Assembly: GCA_030612625.1 (NCBI GenBank)
Contig: JAUWNN010000029.1
Location: 1-18,501, forward strand
DNA from: a candidate division WOR-3 bacterium
Lineage (GTDB): Bacteria > Hydrothermota > Tepidihabitantia > Tepidihabitantales > Tepidihabitantaceae
Direction: 5' to 3'
DNA: 18,501 bases
Below are positions 7,317-13,843 of the stretch, one piece after another. Within the stretch, counting starts at the first letter, position 1; each line of letters begins with the position of its first letter. The position numbers and the translations under genes are program-made. The notes beneath the pieces were generated by a model. That model searched no databases, was not told the origin of the DNA, and saw only the letters and a program-made list of their open reading frames with translations.

Positions 7317-8981
7317 TCAGCGATGCGCGGCGTGGATTGAGTTGAACCTCGCAACGGCCCGTGTGACCTCCGGGCTCGCCCTGGTGAAGCGTTCACCGTG
7401 ACGTGCTCGTCTGACCAGTCCTCTGAATGTCCTTATTACGTGTTCCTTCTCTTCTGACGAGACCCAGAAGGGGTAAGGAAGTCGCTCGAAGTCCTTGCTT
7501 TGGATATTCTTGGTGTGGTTGATGACTTGCTTCAGGATTCTTGAGCACAAGGGTGTGAGCGTCCATCCCAGTATGAAGTACGACTCATCCTCGGCGATAC
7601 CCTCACGCAGGAAGGCACAGGGTGCTCCACTGTCCAGAACATAGCCTTCAGGTAGATACTTCACGTTCAGTCTTGGCGCGATCAACTGCCAGGTCAGCCC
7701 GCTACGCTTGAAGTAGCGCTGTCCTCCTACGCCGTGCAAGTACCAATTGCCATTCTTCTTGAAGGTCAATACTGCGTCGCCATCATCTTTCCAGTATATC
7801 GCATAGGATGGAGGAGCATATACGATGCCGTTCGTCGCCTTGTTGTAGTAGCTGTAATCCGGATGCGGGAGCTTGACGGTCTTCGGTGTCTTCCGAGCGA
7901 CTATCCTGACGTTGCGCTTGGTGGCGCCAACCGCTTCGAGCCGCCTTATTTCCATCGTCTTCCCGGGCGAGAGCTTTCCCAGTCTTGCTCTCGCCAGTTC
8001 TTTCTTCAGGGTGACGGGGTCCTCGTAGTACTCGAACCGGTAGGGTTCGCTGACTGCTTCGTTTTCGATGCGGCGGACGAAATACTCGTTCTTGCCGACC
8101 GTCATTCCACTTGTCGCAACCACATACTGGGCCAGGCGCGGGCCTTGGAAGTACCCGGTCAGTTCCGGCGTGATGCGCCAAGACAGGTTGTCGGTAAGCT
8201 CGATTGTATCTGAGCCAATCCGCTGTCCGTTTATCTCAACGGCAGCGGCTTTCCCATTCTTGCGGAAATCCAGGACAATCGTCGGCTGCTGGGTTTCCTC
8301 AGAGAATTCGGCGAGGTCTTTGATTGACGTCTCGCCATAGTCCATGAGCAGCCGCCGCAAGCCGCGCATGGTTCTTATTGTCAGGAACGTATCGGAGCAG
8401 ATAAACCGCAGCACACCGTTATCCCTCAGGAGGTCCAGGCACTTCACAATGAAGAACGAGTACGTTTCCTTCTTGATTTTCTCTCCGTTTCTGAACCCGT
8501 ACTTCCGGTCAAGCAAATCCTGGATGTCGGGGTCGAGAGTGCCGCCAAACGGAGGGTTGCCCACAATGTAACTGAAGCCAGGAGTCGGACCGCTCTGCCA
8601 GTCCAGTTGGCGTTCGACGGACGTCCCGCCGAGCGAGCTGCGGAAAAAATCGCCGAGCTCGAAGTTGTGATATTCCGGTATCGGTCCCCACCGAGATTCT
8701 ATTCTGGCCAGGCACTTCGCGTACAGTTGTCTGTCGATTTCAACCCCGAAGACATTCCTGCCGAGTACCTCAGCCAACCGTTGGTTTGTACTGCCGGTAT
8801 ACAGGGGCAGGAAGCTTTCAATCAGAGGAATCACGAACGAACCGTCGCCCATGCTGGGTTCCAGTACCCTGTCGGAGCGTCTGAAATGCAGGTCTGAAAG
8901 GAGCTGCCTGGCGAGAGGCTCAGGCGTCATGAACTGGCCAAGCTGGCGCTTCCGGGGTCTTCTGGTCTTGGTTTCGCTCAC
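7317..8981 (-). CDS. N6-adenine DNA methyltransferase, gamma-class (Eco57I/TaqI-like) with C-terminal target-recognition region
   Basis: 554 aa. Motif X QFMTPEP, motif I LEPSMGDGSF, GVEID, motif IV YIVGNPPFGG, in the gamma-class order. The GTG start overlaps the stop of the upstream ORF (GTGA). Confidence 0.85.
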   Translation of the reverse strand: MSETKTRRPRKRQLGQFMTPEPLARQLLSDLHFRRSDRVLEPSMGDGSFVIPLIESFLPLYTGSTNQRLAEVLGRNVFGVEIDRQLYAKCLARIESRWGPIPEYHNFELGDFFRSSLGGTSVERQLDWQSGPTPGFSYIVGNPPFGGTLDPDIQDLLDRKYGFRNGEKIKKETYSFFIVKCLDLLRDNGVLRFICSDTFLTIRTMRGLRRLLMDYGETSIKDLAEFSEETQQPTIVLDFRKNGKAAAVEINGQRIGSDTIELTDNLSWRITPELTGYFQGPRLAQYVVATSGMTVGKNEYFVRRIENEAVSEPYRFEYYEDPVTLKKELARARLGKLSPGKTMEIRRLEAVGATKRNVRIVARKTPKTVKLPHPDYSYYNKATNGIVYAPPSYAIYWKDDGDAVLTFKKNGNWYLHGVGGQRYFKRSGLTWQLIAPRLNVKYLPEGYVLDSGAPCAFLREGIAEDESYFILGWTLTPLCSRILKQVINHTKNIQSKDFERLPYPFWVSSEEKEHVIRTFRGLVRRARHGERFTRASPEVTRAVARFNSIHAAHR

Positions 8982-9685
8982 CTTAGATTCAGTGGGTTCT
9001 GCGTATCAGCAGTTACCTTGCGCCGGGAACTCTTGAGGTACCGGGAGATATCCTTATGGAATCGGGCAAGTGATTCCGCACGGTTGGCGGCCAGGCGTTT
9101 GTTTCCATCCTCCAGCATCGCGTAGAGTTGTTTTACCTTGCGCCTGATGGCTAGTGTTGGGGGTGATGTCCCTTTGGCCATCGCGTCATAGAAGGCGTTG
9201 GCTTTGAGCATTATCTGACCGGGACCGGAGTCAAACGTCATGTAGGAAAGGTAGTCCAGCAAGTCGAGAAAGTAGACCCTGCACGTGATTTCCCTGGTGA
9301 TGTCCATCTTGACCATCAGCAGGTAGTAGGAATCAATCTGGTAGCCTAGGAGTGCCCGCAGCAGCTTCTTCAAAGAGACCATGTTCGGCTGCCCACCTGT
9401 CGTGGTTACGCCCGCCTTGACGTTGACCGGATGGTAGATACCGCCGCACTCCAACCAGAGATCCCCCATGGAGCGCATCCGCCGCTGGCCCCTGCTATCG
9501 CACTGGTGTTTGGTTACATACTTCACGGTCAGCAAAGCAGTAGTTTTCTCGTCCACGAGGTCGGCGATTCGGTGTCCGATTTCCTTGCCTTGTGCGATCT
9601 CGCGGAAGTACCTTTTGCGTACTTCACTGTCCCAGTAGGCCTGGGTATCCCTGCGGATTCGCTTGGCGGTCCTGGCGTCTATCAT
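8978..9685 (-). CDS. putative restriction endonuclease partner (hypothetical 235-aa protein)
   Basis: Translationally coupled (GTGA overlap) immediately upstream of the MTase. Driven by the M2 promoter. No recognisable family motif, so the call rests on gene context only. Confidence 0.4.
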   Translation of the reverse strand: MIDARTAKRIRRDTQAYWDSEVRKRYFREIAQGKEIGHRIADLVDEKTTALLTVKYVTKHQCDSRGQRRMRSMGDLWLECGGIYHPVNVKAGVTTTGGQPNMVSLKKLLRALLGYQIDSYYLLMVKMDITREITCRVYFLDLLDYLSYMTFDSGPGQIMLKANAFYDAMAKGTSPPTLAIRRKVKQLYAMLEDGNKRLAANRAESLARFHKDISRYLKSSRRKVTADTQNPLNLR

Positions 9686-9694
9686 CTTGCTTTG

Positions 9695-9723
9695 TTTCTA
9701 CCCGATTCCCGGATAGGTGTCAA
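9695..9723 (-). promoter_or_regulatory. M2 promoter module: TTGACA-N17-TAGAAA, 9 nt upstream of the REase ATG
   Basis: Minus-sense ccgcTTGACAcctatccgggaatcgggTAGAAAcaaagcaagATG. Leaderless-like geometry. Confidence 0.55.
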
Positions 9724-9746
9724 GCGGAGCGGTCCGCGCAACGCGG

Positions 9747-9804
9747 TCAGCGGTTCACGTTCAGCAGCGGGGTCAGTTTCTGGTCGAAGGGCATTATCAC
9801 GAGG
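9747..9804. repeat. R2: direct repeat copy of the SPFH gene 3-prime end (pseudo-terminus ending TGA)
   Basis: Minus-sense GTGATAATGCCCTTCGACCAGAAACTGACCCCGCTGCTGAACGTGAACCGCTGA encodes VIMPFDQKLTPLLNVNR*. Homology to R3 extends through tatcacga. Confidence 0.9.
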
Positions 9805-9820
9805 AAAACCAGAGACGCTT

Positions 9821-9849
9821 TCCATATTCCTGAGTCCCGAGTCTGTCAA
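9821..9849 (-). promoter_or_regulatory. M3: degenerate third copy of the promoter module (TTGACA-N17-TATGGA) just upstream of R2
   Basis: Minus-sense caTTGACAgactcgggactcaggaaTATGGA. The spacer is similar to M1/M2 (cggga.tc.gg). Confidence 0.35.
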
Positions 9850-10068
9850 TGGTTGGCCGGACGCGAGATGGTGTCCGTGCCTTTCCTGCTGCATCAGGCA
9901 GTTGTAGCGGAGAAGGGGGTGGAAGTCAAGGAGAGAAGGAAAGGATTCAAGGGGTCGAGTGCGCAGAGGGCTGACGGCTCCAGGATGTACGGGACGGCCC
10001 TCCGGCATTCCCCGAGTTGACGAGGTGTGGAAGGTCCAGTGGTCAGGTGAGGGAAAGCGGCAGGCAGA

Positions 10069-11202
10069 CTAGCGGGACGGACGCGGGTCTGGAGGCAGGC
10101 CGGGTTTGATTTCGGAGTAGCGGGTGATGGCGAGGTCTGCGAGGCGGCGAATGAGCTCGGCGGGCTGGTGCCTTGCCACGAGCCGGCTGGCTTCGGCTTC
10201 AACCAGTGCCCGGCGTTCTGTCGAGTCTGGTGCTGAGTGGTCCACGATGTAGCAGGTTTGGCGGACAAGGCCAAGGTACAGCACCTGCTCGCCGGCCGGC
10301 ACCCCAGCCGCGACCGCTTCTCTCTGGACTTCTTCCCATACCTTGGCGATGGCCGCCTCGCGGGCGACCTGGTGCTCCTGGAGCTTTTCCAGCCATTCGC
10401 GGTGCAGCCGGTCTTCGGCCCGCTCAGGCTTGGGCTGCAGTTCGGCCACGGCCGGCAGTTCGTCGAGTTTGCCGGTCATCTCCAGCCGCCGGTGCAGTTC
10501 AATGACCGCGGCCGCTACTTTGTCGAGCGCGGTTTCGGATACGACATTCTCGGCCAGGAGCTTTGAGCGGGCCTGGCTGAGCAATTCCGGCTGTTTGTCC
10601 CGGTCCTTCTTGCGCGTGCGGTTGAGTATGCCCCAGAGTTTGCGGCCGAAGTCGGCAAGGTACTTGCGCTTTGTCCCTGAACCTTCGTCGCCCAGTTGCT
10701 TGATTGTGAAGAAGAGGACCTCTTCGAGCCGGCGGCGCTGAAGCAGCGAGGCGGCGAACTTCTGGGAGCGCCGGATTCTCTTGTCCGGCTCTTCGACCGG
10801 CCGGGCATCGAACCGGCCGGCAACGGTCGTCTTCACGTCGTAGCGGTTCACCTTGTCGGCTATCGGCTTGGGCAGGTTCCTGGTCATGCGTTCGACCACC
10901 TGTCTGGCGGCCTCTTCGATGACCGGCTTGCGGCTGGTGTACGATGCAAGCACGTCAACGACTTCCTCGATTCCGGCCCGGCAGGAGCGGAGGTAGTCGA
11001 GCAGGAAGCAGAGCCTGGGGTTCGGGTTCTTGCCGGCTTCGAGCCGGGCAATCTGCACCCGGGTCGTTTCCGGCCTGCGGCCCATGAGCCGGGCAATCTC
11101 TTTCTGGGTCAGGCCGGCTCGTTTGCGCAGGCCACGCAGGCGCTCGCCAAGCTGACGCCGGAACAGCTTGTCAATCTCACTGGAAGATGCGTCAGAGACC
11201 AT
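10069..11202 (-). CDS. XRE-family helix-turn-helix protein with large charged, coiled-coil-like C-terminal region of unknown function
   Basis: N-terminal LGERLRGLRKRAGLTQKEIARLMGRRPETTRVQIARLEAG is a Cro/C1-type HTH. Start taken at ATG 11202 (MVSDASSSEIDKLF); the longest ORF extends to 11265. C-terminal roughly 280 aa is Arg/Glu-rich with no recognisable domain. Confidence 0.65.
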   Translation of the reverse strand: MVSDASSSEIDKLFRRQLGERLRGLRKRAGLTQKEIARLMGRRPETTRVQIARLEAGKNPNPRLCFLLDYLRSCRAGIEEVVDVLASYTSRKPVIEEAARQVVERMTRNLPKPIADKVNRYDVKTTVAGRFDARPVEEPDKRIRRSQKFAASLLQRRRLEEVLFFTIKQLGDEGSGTKRKYLADFGRKLWGILNRTRKKDRDKQPELLSQARSKLLAENVVSETALDKVAAAVIELHRRLEMTGKLDELPAVAELQPKPERAEDRLHREWLEKLQEHQVAREAAIAKVWEEVQREAVAAGVPAGEQVLYLGLVRQTCYIVDHSAPDSTERRALVEAEASRLVARHQPAELIRRLADLAITRYSEIKPGLPPDPRPSR

Positions 11203-11323
11203 GGCCTGGGTAATTCTAGAGTTACATTGGACTGATGGCAACAGTCGGGGATAACAGCCGGACATTCAGGCGGTTGTGCGAAACCGGGCCGAAATACCTC
11301 TCCAGCCCCCTGGGTGGCTTCCG

Positions 11324-11546
11324 AGATGAAATCCGATTGGACTTCGAAATGGACTTCGAGGCAGAATTCGAGAAGGAGTTTGAAACAGACATCGCACTGC
11401 ACTTTTCCTGACACCTTGAGATGGACGTGGAAACGGACAATGTCCTGGGCAGCGCAGGACACGATTGAAGGCACGTTGTTCTACACAGGAAGAAAGACAG
11501 CGAACGCCAGTTCGAAAGACAGTCCTGAAGGCAGTTCGAAGCAGAC
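11324..11546. repeat. degenerate 12-nt periodic repeats with TTCGAR cores (GANTTCGANNNN x5, plus two 15-nt CAGTTCGAARCAGAC copies)
   Basis: ggacttcgaaat / ggacttcgaggc / agaattcgagaa / ggagtttgaaac / agacatcgcact at 11339-11398. cagttcgaaagacag and cagttcgaagcagac at about 11508-11546. Lower GC than surroundings. Sits in the 560-nt gap between the SPFH gene end and the HTH gene. Confidence 0.6.
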
Positions 11547-11765
11547 CTTGCGCCTGAATTTGAACTAGAGCTTCCAAAGGATGTTGAGCGTGACTTCAGA
11601 CGAAGTGTGAGCGAACTTGGGACACGAGAGAAGAGGGAGAAAGGAACAGGGAGGCTTGGGACACAATCCCAAAGGGAACTGTTTCGAGCGTAGCACCCGA
11701 GCGGAATCAGGCTATGTCCCGGGTCCAGGCCGGTCCGCGGCGATGCCAGAGTAACGAGGCTGGGA

Positions 11766-12674
11766 TTACCTCACATTCAGCAGCGGTGTCAGCTTCTGGT
11801 CGAAGGGCATTATCACGAAAGTGCTGTTCTGGCTGTCCGCGACATTTCTGAGCGCCTTGACATAGAACCAGGTCAGGTAGTTCCGGGTTAAAGAGACAGC
11901 GATGAGCCGGTTTGCGTCCGCAATACCCCGGGCTTCAATCCGCTTTCTCTCGGCTTCTTTTGTTTCCTTGGCCAGGGTGAACTCCATCTTCTGGGCATTC
12001 TGGTCCTCGGCCAGCTTCGACTCGATGGCGTTCATCACGACGTCAGGCAGTTTGACCCGGCGCAGGAGCATCCGCTCCCGGATGACGCCCTTGCCGGTAA
12101 ACGCGACATCCATCATCGAATCGACGACTGTGGTGTAGGCGGCCCGGCCGTCGGATGAGTAAAGTTCGCTTGCGGTGAACCGCGAAGCGGCGTCGCGGAG
12201 CGCGGTCCGGATTGATGGCCGGACAATCTTCTCAACATAGTTGGGCCCGATGTTCTTGTACACCCAGCTTGCCATCTGCTCGTCGAGCCGGTACCAGACG
12301 GTGACGTCGAGGGTCACGGTGAGTCCGTTCGACGCGAGCGCATCGATCGCGTCGTCACCCCTGATTTGTCCTTCTTCGCGCATGCTCGACATGGTGTAGG
12401 CGTTGGTGCGGACGTCCATGAGCACGACGTTGACAATCGGGACTACGATGTTGAGTCCGCTCTGCATCTGGTTCTGGACTTTACCCAGAAGCACCGGGAC
12501 CCCGGCATGGCCGGGCGGGACGATCCGGAAGAACGAAATCCCGAACAGGATTGCCAGGACGACAATTGCGATGATGCCGGCACGCTTGGCATAAAGCCGG
12601 CCTTTGCCGCTTTGCCTGACTGCGACATAAGCGATTATCGCGATAATGGTCAGGATGACTATCAGTCCAAACAT
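11766..12674 (-). CDS. SPFH/band-7 (prohibitin/HflK-like) membrane protein
   Basis: 302 aa. Two N-terminal hydrophobic segments, then an SPFH core (FFRIVPPGHAGVPVLLGKV...). Strong SD aaaaGGAGGtaagATG. The C-terminus ...IMPFDQKLTPLLNVR* (R3, 11766..11824) is the sequence duplicated at R1 and R2. Confidence 0.85.
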   Translation of the reverse strand: MFGLIVILTIIAIIAYVAVRQSGKGRLYAKRAGIIAIVVLAILFGISFFRIVPPGHAGVPVLLGKVQNQMQSGLNIVVPIVNVVLMDVRTNAYTMSSMREEGQIRGDDAIDALASNGLTVTLDVTVWYRLDEQMASWVYKNIGPNYVEKIVRPSIRTALRDAASRFTASELYSSDGRAAYTTVVDSMMDVAFTGKGVIRERMLLRRVKLPDVVMNAIESKLAEDQNAQKMEFTLAKETKEAERKRIEARGIADANRLIAVSLTRNYLTWFYVKALRNVADSQNSTFVIMPFDQKLTPLLNVR

Positions 12675-12741
12675 CTTACCTCCTTTTGGCGGTCATTTGA
12701 ACGCTCTACGCACGACGCATAACGCTTGACGCTAGCCTCCG

Positions 12742-12778
12742 GCGTAGTGCGTAATGCATAAAGCGTAGTGCGTAATGC
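12742..12778. promoter_or_regulatory. two 16-bp direct repeats (GCGTAGTGCGTAATGC) 21 bp apart, between a TTGACA -35 (rc of 12785-12790) and the SPFH start
   Basis: Exact 16-mer at 12742-12757 and 12763-12778. Positioned where the -10 and operator of the SPFH promoter would lie. Confidence 0.4.
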
Positions 12779-12822
12779 GTCTTGTGTCAACTGTCAGGAG
12801 AAAAGCCTGGGATGACCACCGG

Positions 12823-13659
12823 CTACCACACCTTGCCTGTTGAGTGTATCTGCCAGGTGTTGTTCCGGCGTTCAAGGTAGAATCGGATGCCGCGACGGCG
12901 GCCGATTGGGTCCGGGTGGCGCGGGTCGACCGGTTCCAGGTCGATGACGCAGATAGCGAACTCACCCAACACCCGCACCAGTCCGAATCGGAAAAAGAAC
13001 CGGACATCGGGTCTCAGGCTGTCGCTACGCAACTCGGACAGAGTGAGCATAGTGATAGTGTGGTTCCCGAGGCGGAAGGTTCCTTTGTGACTCAGTTCCT
13101 TGCCTACTACCGTAATTGTATCGGGCAATGTGAGACGGCGATGGATTCGTGCGAGACCGGCTGGCGTAATAACGTGGCCGAGTGCGGCTTCAGCCACCGC
13201 TTCGAGTTCAACCATATCGGCACGGCCATATTGGAAGGACTGGTTGAAGATGTTGGAAAGCCACATCAACTGCCAGCCGTCGTCGGTATGGAGCCAGCTC
13301 TGGTACACATAGGCATAGTCGAACTTATTCTCGAAAACGACCCAGGTTGATACATTGCCGCCCATTCCGCGAATGTCCACAACTCTACTGCGTGCCTGGG
13401 TGATGCGGCGGTCCGTGTACCAGGCTGAAAGCGCCGAGTCGAACCGGCTGAATCGTATCTCAGACCGGAATGCAGGCACAAACATCCGGTAGAGTTCCCT
13501 GGTCCTGCCGGCTACCAGTGCTTCAGTGAATTCCTGGGAGCACCGGTCGAGCTGATAATAGGTTTTGGGTTTGGCCGCGCCAGCCGCTAGCGGCCAACAG
13601 CCAATTACCAACAGCCAGCGACCGACCGCCAGCGGCCCACGGCTATAACCATTCAGCAC
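12823..13659 (-). CDS. hypothetical lipoprotein-like or secreted protein
   Basis: 278-aa ORF with lipobox-like LLVIGC near the N-terminus. The annotated GTG start at 13659 lies only 4 nt from the tRNA-Asp 3-prime end, so the true start is probably internal (TTG at codon 17 or ATG at codon 59). Confidence 0.45.
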   Translation of the reverse strand: MLNGYSRGPLAVGRWLLVIGCWPLAAGAAKPKTYYQLDRCSQEFTEALVAGRTRELYRMFVPAFRSEIRFSRFDSALSAWYTDRRITQARSRVVDIRGMGGNVSTWVVFENKFDYAYVYQSWLHTDDGWQLMWLSNIFNQSFQYGRADMVELEAVAEAALGHVITPAGLARIHRRLTLPDTITVVGKELSHKGTFRLGNHTITMLTLSELRSDSLRPDVRFFFRFGLVRVLGEFAICVIDLEPVDPRHPDPIGRRRGIRFYLERRNNTWQIHSTGKVW

Positions 13660-13663
13660 TCAG

Positions 13664-13739
13664 CGGGCCCGACCAGATTTGAACTGGCGATCTTCTGCGT
13701 GACAGGCAGATGTGTTAAACCAAGCTACACTACAGGCCC
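13664..13739 (-). tRNA. tRNA-Asp (anticodon GTC)
   Basis: 76-nt cloverleaf folded by hand. Acceptor GGGCCTG/CGGGCCC. D-stem GTGT/ACAC. Anticodon stem TCTGC/GCAGA with loop CTGTCAC (U33, GTC, A37). 5-nt variable loop. T-stem GCCAG/CTGGT with loop TTCAAAT. Discriminator G. No encoded CCA. Confidence 0.85.
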
Positions 13740-13747
13740 AATATGCA

Positions 13748-13775
13748 ATGATATTTGGGTGTCACCGAATGTCAA
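13748..13775 (-). promoter_or_regulatory. tRNA-Asp promoter, TTGACA-N16-TATCAT, about 8 nt before the tRNA 5-prime end
   Basis: Minus-sense TTGACAttcggtgacacccaaaTATCATtgcatatt then GGGCC... Confidence 0.6.
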
Positions 13776-13808
13776 CCGGCGCGTGGCTTGCATCTTGCCA
13801 GCCGGGCG

Positions 13809-13837
13809 TTGACATCCGCTTTATCGCCTTCTAGAAT
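13809..13837 (+). promoter_or_regulatory. promoter TTGACA-N17-TAGAAT, 6 nt upstream of the SBBP gene ATG (leaderless-like)
   Basis: gTTGACAtccgctttatcgccttcTAGAATcggccgATG. Divergent from the tRNA promoter. Confidence 0.6.
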
Positions 13838-13843
13838 CGGCCG

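Larger units (their letters stand above)
7154..9746 (-). mobile_element. candidate inserted cassette 1 (R-M cargo) bounded by R1 and R2
   Basis: Flanked by direct copies of the SPFH 3-prime end. Contains only the REase/MTase pair plus promoter modules. No integrase or transposase. Confidence 0.35.
9805..11765 (-). mobile_element. candidate inserted cassette 2 (HTH-protein cargo) bounded by R2 and R3
   Basis: Lies between R2 and the authentic SPFH gene end. Contains a single large XRE-HTH gene and a repeat-rich spacer. Confidence 0.35.

Noticed and set aside
2189-7401. Numerous 60-230-aa plus-strand ORFs (e.g. 2235-2549, 2662-2964, 3200-3688, 4821-5138, 5868-6191, 5954-6283, 6464-7165, 6982-7401) and the minus ORF 5719-6060
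   Set aside because: They lie antisense or out of frame within confidently assigned minus-strand genes in 60%+ GC DNA. They have Arg/Ala/Gly-rich low-complexity composition typical of shadow ORFs.
7734-11235. ORFs overlapping the MTase, REase and HTH genes (7734-8213, 7783-8181, 8068-8340, 8607-8897, 9431-9907, 9592-10020, 10173-10505, 10343-10741, 10515-10823, 10696-11235)
   Set aside because: Shadow frames of the real minus-strand genes. Several merely translate the R/M repeat units in another frame (the recurring ALRPE(T/A)DPAAEREPL).
11324-11546. Possible CRISPR array
   Set aside because: The repeats are 12-15 nt, degenerate, contiguous with no spacers, and there are no cas genes. This is not a CRISPR architecture.
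11109-11577. ORFs 11314-11568(+), 11222-11440(-), 11266-11577(-), 11109-11474(-)
   Set aside because: They translate the 12-nt periodic repeat array, giving 4-aa periodic peptides (DWTS KWTS RQNS; SVSNSFSNSASKSISKS). More likely non-coding repeats than genes, though an expressed repeat peptide cannot be excluded.
7103-11824. Interpretation of R1-R3 as a classical integron (intI/attI/attC)
   Set aside because: There is no integrase in the window, and the repeats are exact copies of a coding 3-prime end rather than imperfect attC palindromes. I keep this only as an analogy.
12780-12835. Rho-independent terminators after the SPFH and lipoprotein genes and in the 1930-2460 gap
   Set aside because: Hairpins are present, but none is followed by a convincing U-tract on the relevant strand.
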